From NCBI GenBank assembly GCA_012295275.1, contig CM022670.1:8370001-8434000 (forward strand): a DNA stretch of 64,000 nucleotides, given 5' to 3'. This stretch comes from Chrysomallon squamiferum (taxonomy: Eukaryota > Animalia > Mollusca). Shown here piece by piece: positions 27,941 through 41,159 of the stretch (the first letter of the stretch is position 1; every line of letters begins with the position of its first letter). Below the pieces are notes generated by a model. It had not been told where the DNA came from. It saw only the letters and a program-made list of their open reading frames with translations, and made no database searches. The position numbers and the translations under genes are program-made.

Positions 27941-28468
27941 TCTGGTACAAAAGGTAATTCGTTTTTTCTTAAACCGTAGTACATTTTAACATCGATTTTC
28001 AGAAACAATATATACAAGCTGGAATGGGAAATATCTCAATGGTAATTCGGTATATTTTTTATATTAAACATTTGTTCGACATAAAACATATTTCTTAAAA
28101 TTATTTTTTTATTTCATTTTTCTATGTTATTTTTATTTTCGGTTTTTAAAAGTTGTAATATATATTTTATAATTAAGATTTGAAAAAGAAATCATAATAT
28201 ATATATATATATATTTTAATTAACACAAATACTGAAGTACAACAAACTATTGTAAGTAGCATGTGTAAATTTTCTTCTTTTATTTCTTGCATCTATTGTT
28301 CTTGTTGTTCTTCTTCTTCTTCCTCTCCTTGTTCTTGTTGTTCTTATTATTATTATTGTTCATAATGTTATTATTATTATTAAATTTAATACATGATAAA
28401 TTAAATGCAGAATTCTATTTGAAGACTGTATTTATTTCTGACTGTGTTTACATTTATTCTTTTTACAG

Positions 28469-28501
28469 AACTAACTACTACAACGACAACAGCCACTCCA
28501 A
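28469..28501 (+). CDS. 33-nt Thr-rich micro-exon (ELTTTTTTATP); copies at 37896, 50174 and 54662
   Basis: tttttacag|AACTAACTACTACAACGACAACAGCCACTCCAA|gtattt, phase 1-1. Flanks are paralogous to the EPSS-exon flanks. Confidence 0.75.
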
Positions 28502-28694
28502 GTATTTATTTTAAAACTATCTCTCTGTGAGTTAGAGATTCTCTGTCTCTGTCGCTTTGTCTCTTTATTCCATTTCTCACTCTATCACTCTGTCTCCTGC
28601 CCTGAGTCTCTCTCTTTCTCTTTCTCTACACGCACATCCAATCACATATGAAATGTATGCATGTCAGTGTATATATGTGTGAGATAACTATACT

Positions 28695-28784
<90 letters not shown>

Positions 28785-28946
28785 AATTTGAAAGCATGCA
28801 TAAACATGTAGGTGTTTGAAAATGCATGTACGTTTGTAAACAAAATGAATTTTGTTTATAAGAAATGTGTATATGTGTTTCTATGTAAACGAACAAATAT
28901 GTAGATGTATATTTTGTTTCTAAACATTTATTATAATCATTTAAAG

Positions 28947-30125
28947 CTACTCGATGCATGGGAACGTATTGTTCAGTTTTTATATCTGAGTGGAGCCAAA
29001 TTTGTCAACGGATACTGTGTTTGTACAAAAACTGGATACAACTACTATACGTGCCTACTCAATGCACTATATATAACTAAATATATCTATTCAGAAACGA
29101 TCAGGTTCACACACAAACATACAGATACACATACATACCCACATATACATATACACATGCACATACTCAGGCCTGCAAACACAAATATACAGATGCACAT
29201 GCACATAAACACACAGACACATTCACACAGACTGAGTCAGAGGCAATATTTGTAACAGGGAAATACTCGAATCGATAAAGTAAAGGAACATAGTTGAAAT
29301 ATTTTAAAATTATTTTTTACACTGATTATGCTGGTTGTTTAGTACAAAGAAACAAAGGAAACCAGGGCTGTTCCATCTTACCACGGCAGAAAGCGATCGT
29401 CTGTGTATGGTTGTATCAACAAAAGCAGTCTGAATCTGTCGCCCGAAGTTCATGTATTTGGATGCTATGAGAACATCAATCGAAGGCCACCTAAAGCTGG
29501 GAATACAACTGTGGACATTGTGGGACACACAACCAAACCTGTTGTTCTGGTTTTGACCTCTTATGAACCTGTAGCCTGGATGATTAATGTTGCTGGAATG
29601 ATTATCCAGAAAATCATGCCATAAAATTTCTCTAATTTTAAGAAAGCTTGTGTAGAATTTTTGGAATCTCATCACTTTGTAATAGTATGTGTTATATATA
29701 TATAGCCTACACATTACGGTGTAGAGTCATTTTATCAGTTAGCAATAGCGTATATTTATATATAACTTTTGATAAAGTAGACTGATAAAGCGTTTTTGGA
29801 CTGCTAAGTAAAATGGGAAGTAACTTGATGTCTGTATGTGTTTGTATGCAGTATGTATGTGCATATTTAAAACTTTATATGTTAAAATCAAAATGAAATT
29901 GTTTTTGCTTTCTTGCAGTATTCTTACTATCTGGATAAGAGTTCTGTAGTGGTGGATCAAACCCTCCAGTTGAGAAAAGCAGAAAGAGTGTTTATGGATA
30001 TTTAAAGTGACAGCGGAGGTCACACGCTCAAGTTACTGGCTGAAGTCAAGAAACTCTTTGGTCATGTGACTTCCTTTTCTGGAACCTACAAAGTTGACCA
30101 CTGGTCACTCACGGTGGGCATCTAG
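28947..30125 (+). pseudogene. Damaged copy (or assembly-error copy) of the EGF-like and SYEPV-domain exons, cassette 1
   Basis: Compared with 38400-39585: donor lost after TGCCTAC (29058), AG acceptor lost (~29320), donor lost at ~29620, small deletions at ~29590 and ~29948. Confidence 0.7.
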
Positions 30126-30419
30126 CTTATCATTTGACTGTGCAAATACATATTTTAATCAGGGTAAGAACCATGAGATCATCTGGAATCCAGTGTTTCT
30201 TATCTATAACGGCTCCTAGTAAAACACCACTCTCTATTAATCGCCCAAAACATGTTTGTCTTCCTGCGCCAATGCGTTTCCCTAATATTGTCTATGTACA
30301 GAGTCTAATCAGACATATATAAGAAAGAGAATATTCAAATCCTAAAATACATACATACATGAACACATACACACATATAATCATTAACACATATAGACAT
30401 ACATACATAAGTACTTAGC

Positions 30420-31394
30420 TAAGAAAAAGCCGAGGAAAGTTGATCACTAATTTTTATTCTCCAGTTTTCCTCCAAGGTTAATGGCAACATGGTTAATAAC
30501 TATACGGGAAATGATAGAGAGGAGAGGTGTTGGCCATGTAATCTTGAGACTTTTATCGTGTCAACTACAGCGATTCTGAGGCCTGCTTGTTCTTCTATCT
30601 TCCTTTTTTCGTTCTAGAGAAGCTATTTTTTATTTGTTTCTTGACCGGGGTGCTTGTCAGAACTTCTTAGGCCTACCCTTCCCAAATCCTTCCTTGTTTA
30701 TTCGTGCCTTTCGAAAATAATTTATCTCCTCTGGATTGACGATGATCGACTTTATATTTGAAGTTGATGAGACTGGTTCGAATGTTGCTGATGTTCCTGT
30801 AGCTGCATTTGGGGCTGGATTTGTTATATCTAGTTCATGTGATTGATGCATTTCGTGTTGTTTTCGGTCTGTCGCAGAGGAAAAAAGGAGGACCTCATCA
30901 CCTAACGCATTAGGAAGGAGTATAAAACACCTTTGTTCTTGAAAGCAGCTGTGATGTTCATGGAAGTGAAGGAAAGTGTGTAAGCACTGCCTATAATCTT
31001 GCAAAAGTTATGCACCGTTCCCTACATGCACTTTATACAAGCATGTGACCTTCTAAAATGGCGGACTGAAGACTAAAGAGCAGATATTGATAATCTTCAC
31101 AAAAAATACCTCTAATCGAAACATAATGAATAGTTTCATAGTCTTTGATGATCCATACTATATCACAAACAAATATTAGTCCTAAAAATTTACTTTTGAT
31201 GGTTGAAAAGCAAACTTTACCTTGCTAATTTTCCAAATACAAGCCTCGGTTAAAACAAAACAAATTTCTTCACTGAGGATTCACCATAGATTTTTAATGA
31301 TGTCATCACTTCGGGATCCAATTTATTTTTCATTATCTATAAATGCTCATTGATCCACAGTGCTCCATGTTCCACTGTGCCCCGACTCCCCCTA
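30420..31394 (-). mobile_element. Degenerate pogo/Tc1-mariner-type DNA transposon fragment; copies at ~39880-40851 and ~52140-53088
   Basis: Minus-strand peptide IIGSAYTLSFTSMNI(T/A)A(A/G)FKNKGV..PNAFGD..SSATDR resembles the region just C-terminal of DDE_1 transposases. TIR-like end TAGGGGGAGTCGGGGCACAGTGG on the minus strand. Confidence 0.6.
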
Positions 31395-31507
31395 GTACAC
31401 ACACATATATATATACTTCACACATACACATTCGCATAAAGATATACACACATACAAATATATATATACATATTCGCATCTAACTGAATATATTTTAATA
31501 CTTACAG

Positions 31508-31523
31508 GTGAATAACAACAATG
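31508..31523 (+). CDS. 16-nt VNNNN micro-exon, cassette 2
   Basis: cttacag|GTGAATAACAACAATG|gtaagt. Confidence 0.65.
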
Positions 31524-31699
31524 GTAAGTTTCTACTTAATTACTTAACTTCAGTTAGAGAAACCAAAACATGGTTATTAAATAGATTTGACATTATCATA
31601 ACTGTTATCTCAGTAATTTATGTTAAACGTATTATCACGTTATCTTATCTTACCTTATCTTTCTCTTATCTTCTCTTATCTTAATCTATTGTGTATAAT

Positions 31700-34600
31700 A
31701 TATATTATGTGACAAAACTTTATCCATTACTTCTTACTGTTTTATGTTAAAATGACTCAGTTTATCATGTAATTTACCTTATTTTACTCTGCTTTGTGCT
31801 TTTATTATTTTATTGTTGTTACTGTTATTATAATTACATGTATTGTTATTAGTAAATATCAATAACTAAATATTAGATATCAATAAGTCATTCATTTTAA
31901 AGTGTATTATATCTAAACACTGCATTTATTTCTGACTGTATGTACTATTATTCTTATGACAGAACCAAGTTCTACAACAACATCAGCAACTCCAGGTATT
32001 TATTTGAAAACTATCTCTCAGTTAGACACACACACTCTCTGTCTTTCTCTCTCCTTTTTATTTCTCTTACTCTCTCACTCTCTCTCACTGTCTCTCTTTC
32101 CATCTGTTTTTCTTACACATGCAGTCTCACATTGAAAGTATGCGTGTCAGTGTATGTATGTATGTATGAATGTATGTATCTGTATGACAAGATTTTCTTT
32201 TAAAACTATCTCTTTGGTGAGACAAATACATTGGGAACATCAATGGGTATAACTAATTTAAAAAAAAAAAAAACATTCATAGAAATTGTGGATAAAACAA
32301 AGATTTGAAAATAAGAAACAAAAGATTGATTAACTGTATAAAACAAATAAATTCCAAGTTTGAGTGTATTACATCTTATTCTATATACCCTAGTACTTTT
32401 TAACACCGACCTTTCAGAAACAACATATACAAGCTGGAACAGTAAAATATCTCAATGGTAATTCGGTATGCTTTTAGATCATTTGATGTTTCATAATCCT
32501 TTTACATTAAGCATTTACTCGTCTTAAAATATATTTATTTTATTTCATTTTTCTATTATTTTTTTATTTTCTGTTTTTAAAAGTTGTAATATATATTTTA
32601 CCATTAAGATTTGAAAAGATTGAATAGTATTTTTAATATTTAAAAAAAAAAAAAACTAACACAGACATTAAAGTACAGCAAACAACACATAATTAGTGTA
32701 TATACGTTTTGTTCTTGTTTTGTCTTCTGTTATCTTAATCTGTTGTGCCAAATGTATTTTATCTGACAAAACTTTATCCATTCCTTCTTACTGTTTTATG
32801 TTAAAATGACTCATTTTATCATGTAATTTATTTTATTTTACTTTGCTAAGTGCTTTTATTATCATAATCATCATCATTATCATGTTCATTCCTATCATCA
32901 TCATCTATGTATTCAGTTATAATAATAATAATTAGTAGTAGTAGTAGTATATGTAGTAATATTTGTTGTATTATTATTATTACTACTATTATTGATAAGG
33001 TTATAATTATTTTGTTGTTGTTACTGTTATTATAATTACATGTATTGTTATTAGTAAATATCAATAACTAAATATTAAATATCAATAAGTCATTCATTTT
33101 AAAGTGTATTATATCTAAACACTGCATTTATTTCTGACTGTATGTACTATTATTCTTATGACAGAACCAAGCTCTACAAGAACATCAGCAACTCCAGGTA
33201 TTTATTTGAAAACTATCTCTCAGTTAGACACACACACATTCTCTGTCTTTTCTCTCTCCTTTTATTTCTCTTCCTTTCTCACTCTCTCTCACTGTCTCTC
33301 TTTCCATCTGTTTTTTTACACATGCAGTCTCATATTGAAAGTATGCATGTCAGTGTATGTATGTATGTATGTATGTATGTATCTGTATGACAAGTTTTTA
33401 TTTTAAAACTATGACTCAGTGAGAAAAATACATTAGCAACATAAATAGGTATGACTAATTAAAAAAAAAACATTCATAGAAACTGTGGATAAAACAAAAA
33501 TTTGAAAATAAGAAATAAAAGATTGATTAACTGTAAACGAACAAATAAATTCCAAGTTTGAGTGTATTACATCTTATTCTACATACCCTAGTACATTTTA
33601 ACACCGACCTTTCAGAAACAGTATATACAAGCGGGAACGGTAAATATCTCAATGGTAATTCGGTATTCTTTTAGATCATTTGATGTTTCATAATCTTTTT
33701 ACATTAAGCATTTACTCGTCTTAAAATATATTTATTTTATTTCATTTTTCTATTATTTTTTATTTTCTGTTTTTAAAAGTTGTAATATATATTTTATCAT
33801 TAAGATTTGAAAAAGATTGAAATATAATTTTTAATATTTAAAAAAAAAAAACTAACACAGACGTTAAAAGTACAGCAAACAACACATAATTAGTGTATAT
33901 ACATTTAGTTCTTGTTTTGTCTTCTGTTATCTTAATCTGTTGTGCCAAATGTATTTTATCTGACAAAACTTTATCCATTACTTCTTACTGTTTTATGTTA
34001 AAATGACTCATTTTATCATGTAATTTACCTGATTTTACTTTGCTTTGTGCTTTTATTATCATAATCATCATCATTATCATTTTCATACCTACTATCATCA
34101 TCTGTGTATTCAGTTATAATAATAATAATTAGTAGTAGTAGTAATATATGTAGTAATATTTGTATTATTATTATTATTACTACTATTATTGATAAGGTTA
34201 TAATTATTTTGTTGTTGTTACTGTTATTATAATTACATGTATTGTTATTAGTAAATATCAATAACTAAATATTAAATATCAATAAGTCATTCATTTTAAA
34301 GTGTATTATATCTAAACACTGCATTTATTTCTGACTGTATGTACTATTATTCTTATGACAGAACCAAGCTCTACAAGAACATCAGCAACTCCAGGTATTT
34401 ATTTGAAAACTATCTCTCAGTTAGACACACACACTCTCTGTCTTTCTCTCTCCTTTTTATTTCTCTTACTCTCTCACTCTCTCTCACTGTCTCTCTTTCC
34501 ATCTGTTTTTCTTAAACATGCAGTCTCATATTGAAAGTATGCATGTCAGTGTATGTATGTATGTATGAATGAAGGTATCCCTATGACAAGTTTTTATTTT

Positions 34601-36420
34601 AAAACTATCTCTTAGTCAGAAAAATACATTAGCAACATAAATATGTATGACTAATTTGAAAAAAAAACATTCATAGAAACTGTGGATATAACAAAAATTT
34701 GAAAATAAGAAATAAAAGATTGATTAACTGTAAACGAACAAATAAATTCCAATAAAATATATTTAATTTTATTTTACTTTTGCTTTGTGCTTTTATTATC
34801 ATAATCATCATCATTATCATTTTCATACCTACTATCATCATCTGTGTATTCAGTTATAATAATAATAATTAGTAGTAGTAGTAATATATGTAGTAATATT
34901 TGTATTATTATTATTATTACTACTATTATTGATAAGGTTATAATTATTTTGTTGTTGTTACTGTTATTATAATTACATGTATTGTTATTAGTAAATATCA
35001 ATAACTAAATATTAAATATCAATAAGTCATTCATTTTAAAGTGTATTATATCTAAACACTGCATTTATTTCTGACTGTATGTACTATTATTCTTATGACA
35101 GAACCAAGCTCTACAAGAACATCAGCAACTCCAGGTATTTATTTGAAAACTATCTCTCAGTTAGACACACACACTCTCTGTCTTTCTCTCTCCTTTTTAT
35201 TTCTCTTACTCTCTCACTCTCTCTCACTGTCTCTCTTTCCATCTGTTTTTCTTAAACATGCAGTCTCATATTGAAAGTATGCATGTCAGTGTATGTATGT
35301 ATGTATGAATGAAGGTATCCCTATGACAAGTTTTTATTTTAAAACTATCTCTTAGTGAGAAAAATACATTAGCAACATAAATATGTATGACTAATTTGAA
35401 AAAAAACATTCATAGAAACTGTGGATAAAACAAAAATTTGAAAATAAGAAATAAAAGATTGATTAACTGTAAACGAACAAATAAATTCCAATAAAATATA
35501 TTTAATTTTATTTTACTTTGCTTTGTGCTTTTATTATCATAATCATCATCATTATCATTTTCATACCTACTATCATCATCTGTGTATTCAGTTATAATAA
35601 TAATAATTAGTAGTAGTAGTAATATATGTAGTAATATTTGTATTATTATTATTATTACTACTATTATTGATAAGGTTATAATTATTTTGTTGTTGTTACT
35701 GTTATTATAATTACATGTATTGTTATTAGTAAATATCAATAAGTCATTCATTTTAAAGTGTATTATATCTAAACACTGCATTTATTTCTGACTGTATGTA
35801 CTATTATTCTTATGACAGAACCAAGCTCTACAAGAACATCAGCAACTCCAGGTATTTATTTGAAAACTATCTCTCAGTTAGACACACACACTCTCTGTCT
35901 TTCTCTCTCCTTTTTATTTCTCTTCCTCTATCACTCTCTCTCACTGTCTCTCTTTCCGTCTGTTTTTCTTACACATGCAGTCTCATATTGAAAGTATGCG
36001 TTTCAGTGTATGTATATATGTATGAGAAGATTTTCTTTTAAAACTATCTCTCTGTGAGAAAAATACATTAGCAACATCAATGGGTATGACTAATTTGAAA
36101 AAACAAAAACATTCATAGAAATTGTGGAGAAAACAAAGATTTGAAAATAAGAAACAAAAGATTGATTACCTGTATAACACAAATCAATTCCAAGTTTGAG
36201 TATATAACATCTTATTCTATATACCCTAGTACTTTTTAACACCGGCCTTTCATAAATAATACATAGCGTTTATATGGGAAATATCTCAGTGTTAATTCCG
36301 TATGCTTTGTATGATCATATGACGTCTTTAATAATCTTTTTCTGTTAAGTATTTGGTCGTGTTAAAATATGTTTATTTTATTTCATTTCATTGTATTATT
36401 ATTCTATTTTCTGTTTTGAA
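31700..36420 (+). repeat. Tandem array 2 with five 33-nt micro-exons (31963, 33165, 34362, 35102, 35819)
   Basis: Same unit as array 1; the first exon is the variant EPSSTTTSATP. Spacings 1202, 1197, 740, 717. Confidence 0.9.
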
Positions 36421-36595
36421 AAAGAATATGAGACAAAAAGATTTGTGACAGCGATTTCTTAATTCATGTTCAATTATTTATTAACAAATATATAAAATAT
36501 TTCACATTACAACAAAACATACGTTTTGTAAACAAATAGAAATTTTTCACATGATACCGAAGAAATGATTGAAACAATCATTTATTTTATTTCAG

Positions 36596-37387
36596 TGACA
36601 AACTGTCTGAATTCAAAAGACTGCTGGGTGCAGCACAATTTTCAGTTTGATGATAACTGGAACGACTGTCATGGAGAACAATACGTGAGAAAAACCACTT
36701 ACGAAGTTGGGAAATATGTTGGAGTAGTTCTGTGTTCATCTACCAGGTATTCATGTGTATCTCTCTAAATCTGTCTCAATCTCGATGTCTCTTGGCTATG
36801 ACATACATACACAAACGTACACGCACACATGTGCAGATCCAATATTCTGACCACTACAGTTGTATTTTGCAGATATAAGCTGTTTTTGTCTGATTCGCTC
36901 AGTGACCGTTTTCTCAACATCGGAGACGGCAGTGGACATGGTCAGGATCATTGTGAGTTTATAGGAAGCAAAAATGATGCAACTTCTATAGACAGGAATT
37001 TCTGGAATTCGCCAGGAACTACAGGTCAGATTTTCTTTTAAAAAAAAAAACATTTTAAGAGGCACATTTCCTTTAGAAACCTTTCTTAAATTGTTACAAA
37101 ATGACGGAAAACGGTAATACAGAATTGTTTTAAAGGGTGTCTGTAATTTATATTTTAGTGTCTAAACCGAGATTTATTGATCACAACATATGATAAATGT
37201 AATTCTGATTCAGTTCTTTATATCGTTTTAGGATACATACGATCAAAGCGTGGTGAAACGCCTGCCAAGGGCAGAATTGGAGGAGGCACGGGATCCTCGT
37301 GGACTGGAAATTATTATGGAAAATGGATAGAATGTGGAGTCAGGATTCCAGGAAACAGCAGAGTGGTATTATGGTCTGGTAGAAAAG
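36596..37387 (+). CDS. TARSH C-terminal-like domain, copy 2 (exons 36596-36746, 36873-37024, 37232-37387)
   Basis: Same exon lengths (151/152/156) and phases as copy 1; open frame. Confidence 0.85.
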
Positions 37388-37617
37388 GTAATTCGTCTTT
37401 TCTTAAACCGTCTTGTTTCTAACATCGATTTTTTCATAAAGAATATATACAAGCTGGAATGGGAAATATCTCAAAAGTAATTCGGTATGCTTTTATATTA
37501 AACATTTGTTCGACATAAAACATATTTATTTTATTTAAGTTCATTCTATGTTGATTAATTTTCGGTTTTTAAAAGTTGTAATATATATTTTATAATTAAG
37601 ATTTGAAAAAGATCGAA

Positions 37618-37648
<31 letters not shown>

Positions 37649-38118
37649 AATTAACACAAATACTGAAGTACAGCAAACTACACGTAAGTAGCATGTGTAA
37701 ATTTTCTTCTTTTATTTCTTGCATCTATTGTTCTTGTTCTTCTTCTTCCTCTCCTTGTTCTTGTTGTTCTTATTATTATTATTGTTCATAATGTTATTAT
37801 TATTATTAAATATTAATACATGATAAATTAAATGCAGAATTCTATTTGAAGACTGTATTTATTTCTGACTGTGTTTACATTTATTCTTTTTACAGAACTA
37901 ACTACTACAACGACAACAGCCACTCCAAGTATTTATTTTAAAACTATCTCTCTGTGAGCCACGAATTCTCTGTCTCTGTCGCCTTTGTCTCTTTATTCCT
38001 CTTTCTCACTCTATCACTCTGTCTCCCGCCCTGAGTCTCTCTCTTTCTCTTTCTCTACACGCACATCCAATCACATATGTATGTATATTAATGTATATAT
38101 GTGTGAGATAACTATACT

Positions 38119-38228
<110 letters not shown>

Positions 38229-38399
38229 GTCTGTCTGTATGACAGCATGCATACATGTAGGTGTACATGCATGTACGTTTGTATGTATGTATGAATTTTG
38301 TTTATAAGTATGTGTGTATATGTGTTTCTATGTGTACGTATGTATGTAAATATGTAGATGTATATTTTGTTTCTAAACATTTATTATAATCATTTAAAG

Positions 38400-38510
38400 C
38401 TACTCGATGCATGGGAACGTATTGTTCCGGTTCGTATACGAGTGGAGCCAAATGTGTCAACGGATACTGTGTTTGTACAAAAACTGGATACAACTACTAT
38501 ACGTGCCTAC
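38400..38510 (+). CDS. 6-Cys EGF/EB-like module exon (TRCMGTYCSGSYTSGAKCVNGYCVCTKTGYNYYTCL)
   Basis: ttaaag|...TGCCTAC|gtaagc, 111 nt, phase 1-1. C-C-C-CxC-GY-C spacing. Confidence 0.8.
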
Positions 38511-38774
38511 GTAAGCACTATATATAACTAAATATATCTATTCAGAAACGATCAGGTTCACACACAAACATACAGATACACATACATACCCACATATACA
38601 TATACACACATGCACATACTCAGGCCTGCAAACACAAATATACAGATGCACATGCACATATACACACAGACACATTCACACAGACTGAGTCAGAGACAAT
38701 ATTTGTAACGGGAAATACTCCGAATCGATAAAGTAAAGGAACATAGTTGAAATATTTTAAAATTATTTTTACAG

Positions 38775-39585
38775 CTGATTATGCTGGTTGTTTAGTACAA
38801 AGAAACAAGGAAACCAGGGCTGTTCCATCTTACCACGGCAGAAAGCGATCGTCTGTGTATGGTTGTATCAACAAAAGCAGTCTGAATCTGTCGCCCGAAG
38901 TTCATGTACTTGGATGCTATGAGAACATCAATCGAAGGCCACCTAAAGCTGGGAATACAACTGTGGACATTGTGGGACACACAACCAAACCTGTTGTTCT
39001 GGTTTTGACCTCTTATGAACCTGTAGCCTGGATGATTAATGTGCCTGCTGGAATGATTATCCAGAAAATCATGCTGGTAAAATTTCTCTAATTTTAAGAA
39101 AGCTTGTGTAGAATTTTGGAATCTCATCACTTTGTAATAGTATGTGTTATATATATATAGCCTACACATTACGGTGTAGAGTCATTTTATCGGTTAGCAA
39201 TAGCGTATATTTATATATAACTTTTGATAAAGTAGACTGATAAAGCGTTTTTGGACTGCTAAGTAAAATGGGAAGTAACTTGATGTCTGTATGTGTTTGT
39301 ATGCAGTATGTATGTGCATATTTAAAACTTTATATGTTAAAATCAAAATGAAATTGTTTTGCTTTCTTGCAGTATTCTTACTATCTGGATAAGAGTTCTG
39401 TAAGCGTGAGTGGTGGATCAAACCCTCCAGTTGAGAAAAGCAGAAAGAGTGTTTATGGATATGGTAGTGACAGCGGAGGTCACACGCTCAAGTTACTGGC
39501 TGAAGTCAAGAAACTCTTTGGTCATGTGACTTCCTTTTCTGGAACCTACAAAGTTGACCACTGGTCACTCACGGTGGGCATCTAG
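38775..39585 (+). CDS. Uncharacterised 'EVHVLGCYE...KPVVLVLTSYEPVAW...SFSGTY' domain, type A (exons 38775-39076 and 39373-39573/39585)
   Basis: Canonical sites, phases 1-0-0. The second exon ends WSLTVGI* (TAG 39583-39585) or could splice at ACG|GTGGGC. Confidence 0.8.
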
Positions 39586-40964
39586 CTTATCATTTGACTG
39601 TGCAAATACATATTTTAATCAGGGTAAGAACCATGAGATCATCTGGAATCCAGTGTTTCTTATCTATAACGGCTCCTAGTAAACACCACTCTCTATTAAT
39701 CGCCCAAAACATGTTTGTCTTCCTGCGCCAATGCGTTCCCTAATATTGTCTATGTACAGAGTCTAATCAGACATATATAAGAAAGAGAATATTCAAATCC
39801 TAAAATACATACATACATGAACACATACACACATATAATCATTAACACATATAGACATACATACATAAGTACTTAGCTAAGGAAAGCCGAGGAAAGTTGA
39901 TCACTAATTTTTATTCTCCAGTTTTCCTCCAAGGTTAATGGCAACATGGTTAATAACTATACGGGAAATGATAGAGAGGAGAGGTGTTGGCCATGTAATC
40001 TTGAGACTTTTATCGTGTCAACTACAGCGATTCTGAGGCCTGCTTGTTCTTCTATCTTCCTTTTTCGTTCTAGAGAAGCTATTTTTATTTGTTTCTTGAC
40101 CGGGGTGCTTGTCAGAACTTCTTAGGCCTACCCTTCCCAAATCCTTCCTTGTTTATTCGTGCCTTTCGAAAATAATTTATCTCCTCTGGATTGACGATGA
40201 TCGACTTTATATTTGAAGTTGATGAGACTGGTTCGAATGTTGCTGATGTTCCTGTAGCTGCATTTGGGGCTGGATTTGTTATATCTAGTTCATGTGATTG
40301 ATGCATTTCGTGTTGTTTTCGGTCTGTCGCAGAGGAAAAAAGGAGGACCTCATCACCTAACGCATTAGGAAGGAGTATAAAAACACCTTTGTTCTTGAAA
40401 GCAGCTGTGATGTTCATGGAAGTGAAGGAAAGTGTGTAAGCACTGCCTATAATCTTGCAAAAGTTATGCACCGTTCCCTACATGCACTTTATACAAGCAT
40501 GTGACCTTCTAAAATGGCGGACTGAAGACTAAAGAGCAGATATTGATAATCTTCACAAAAAATACCTCTAATCGAAACATAATGAATAGTTTCATAGTCT
40601 TTGATGATCCATACTATATCACAAACAAATATTAGTCCTAAAAAATTTACTTTTGATGGTTGAAAAGCAAACTTTACCTTGCTAATTTTCCAAATACAAG
40701 CCTCGGTTAAAACAAAACAAATTTCTTCACTGAGGATTCACCATAGATTTTTAATGATGTCATCACTTCGGGATCCAATTTATTTTTCATTATCTATAAA
40801 TGCTCATTGATCCACAGTGCTCCATGTTCCACTGTGCCCCGACTCCCCCTAGTACACACACATATATATATACTTCACACATACACATTCGCATAAAGAT
40901 ATACACACATACAAATATATATATACATATTCGCATCTAACTGAATATATTTTAATACTTACAG

Positions 40965-40980
40965 GTGAATAACAACAATG
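40965..40980 (+). CDS. 16-nt VNNNN micro-exon, cassette 3
   Basis: cttacag|GTGAATAACAACAATG|gtaagt. Confidence 0.65.
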
Positions 40981-41159
40981 GTAAGTTTCTACTTAATTAC
41001 TTAACTTCAGTTAGAGAAACCAAAACATGGTTATTAAATAGATTTGACATTATCATAACTGTTATCTCAGTAATTTATGTTAAACGTATTATCACGTTAT
41101 CTTATCTTACCTTATCTTTCTCTTATCTTCTCTTATCTTAATCTATTGTGTATAATATA

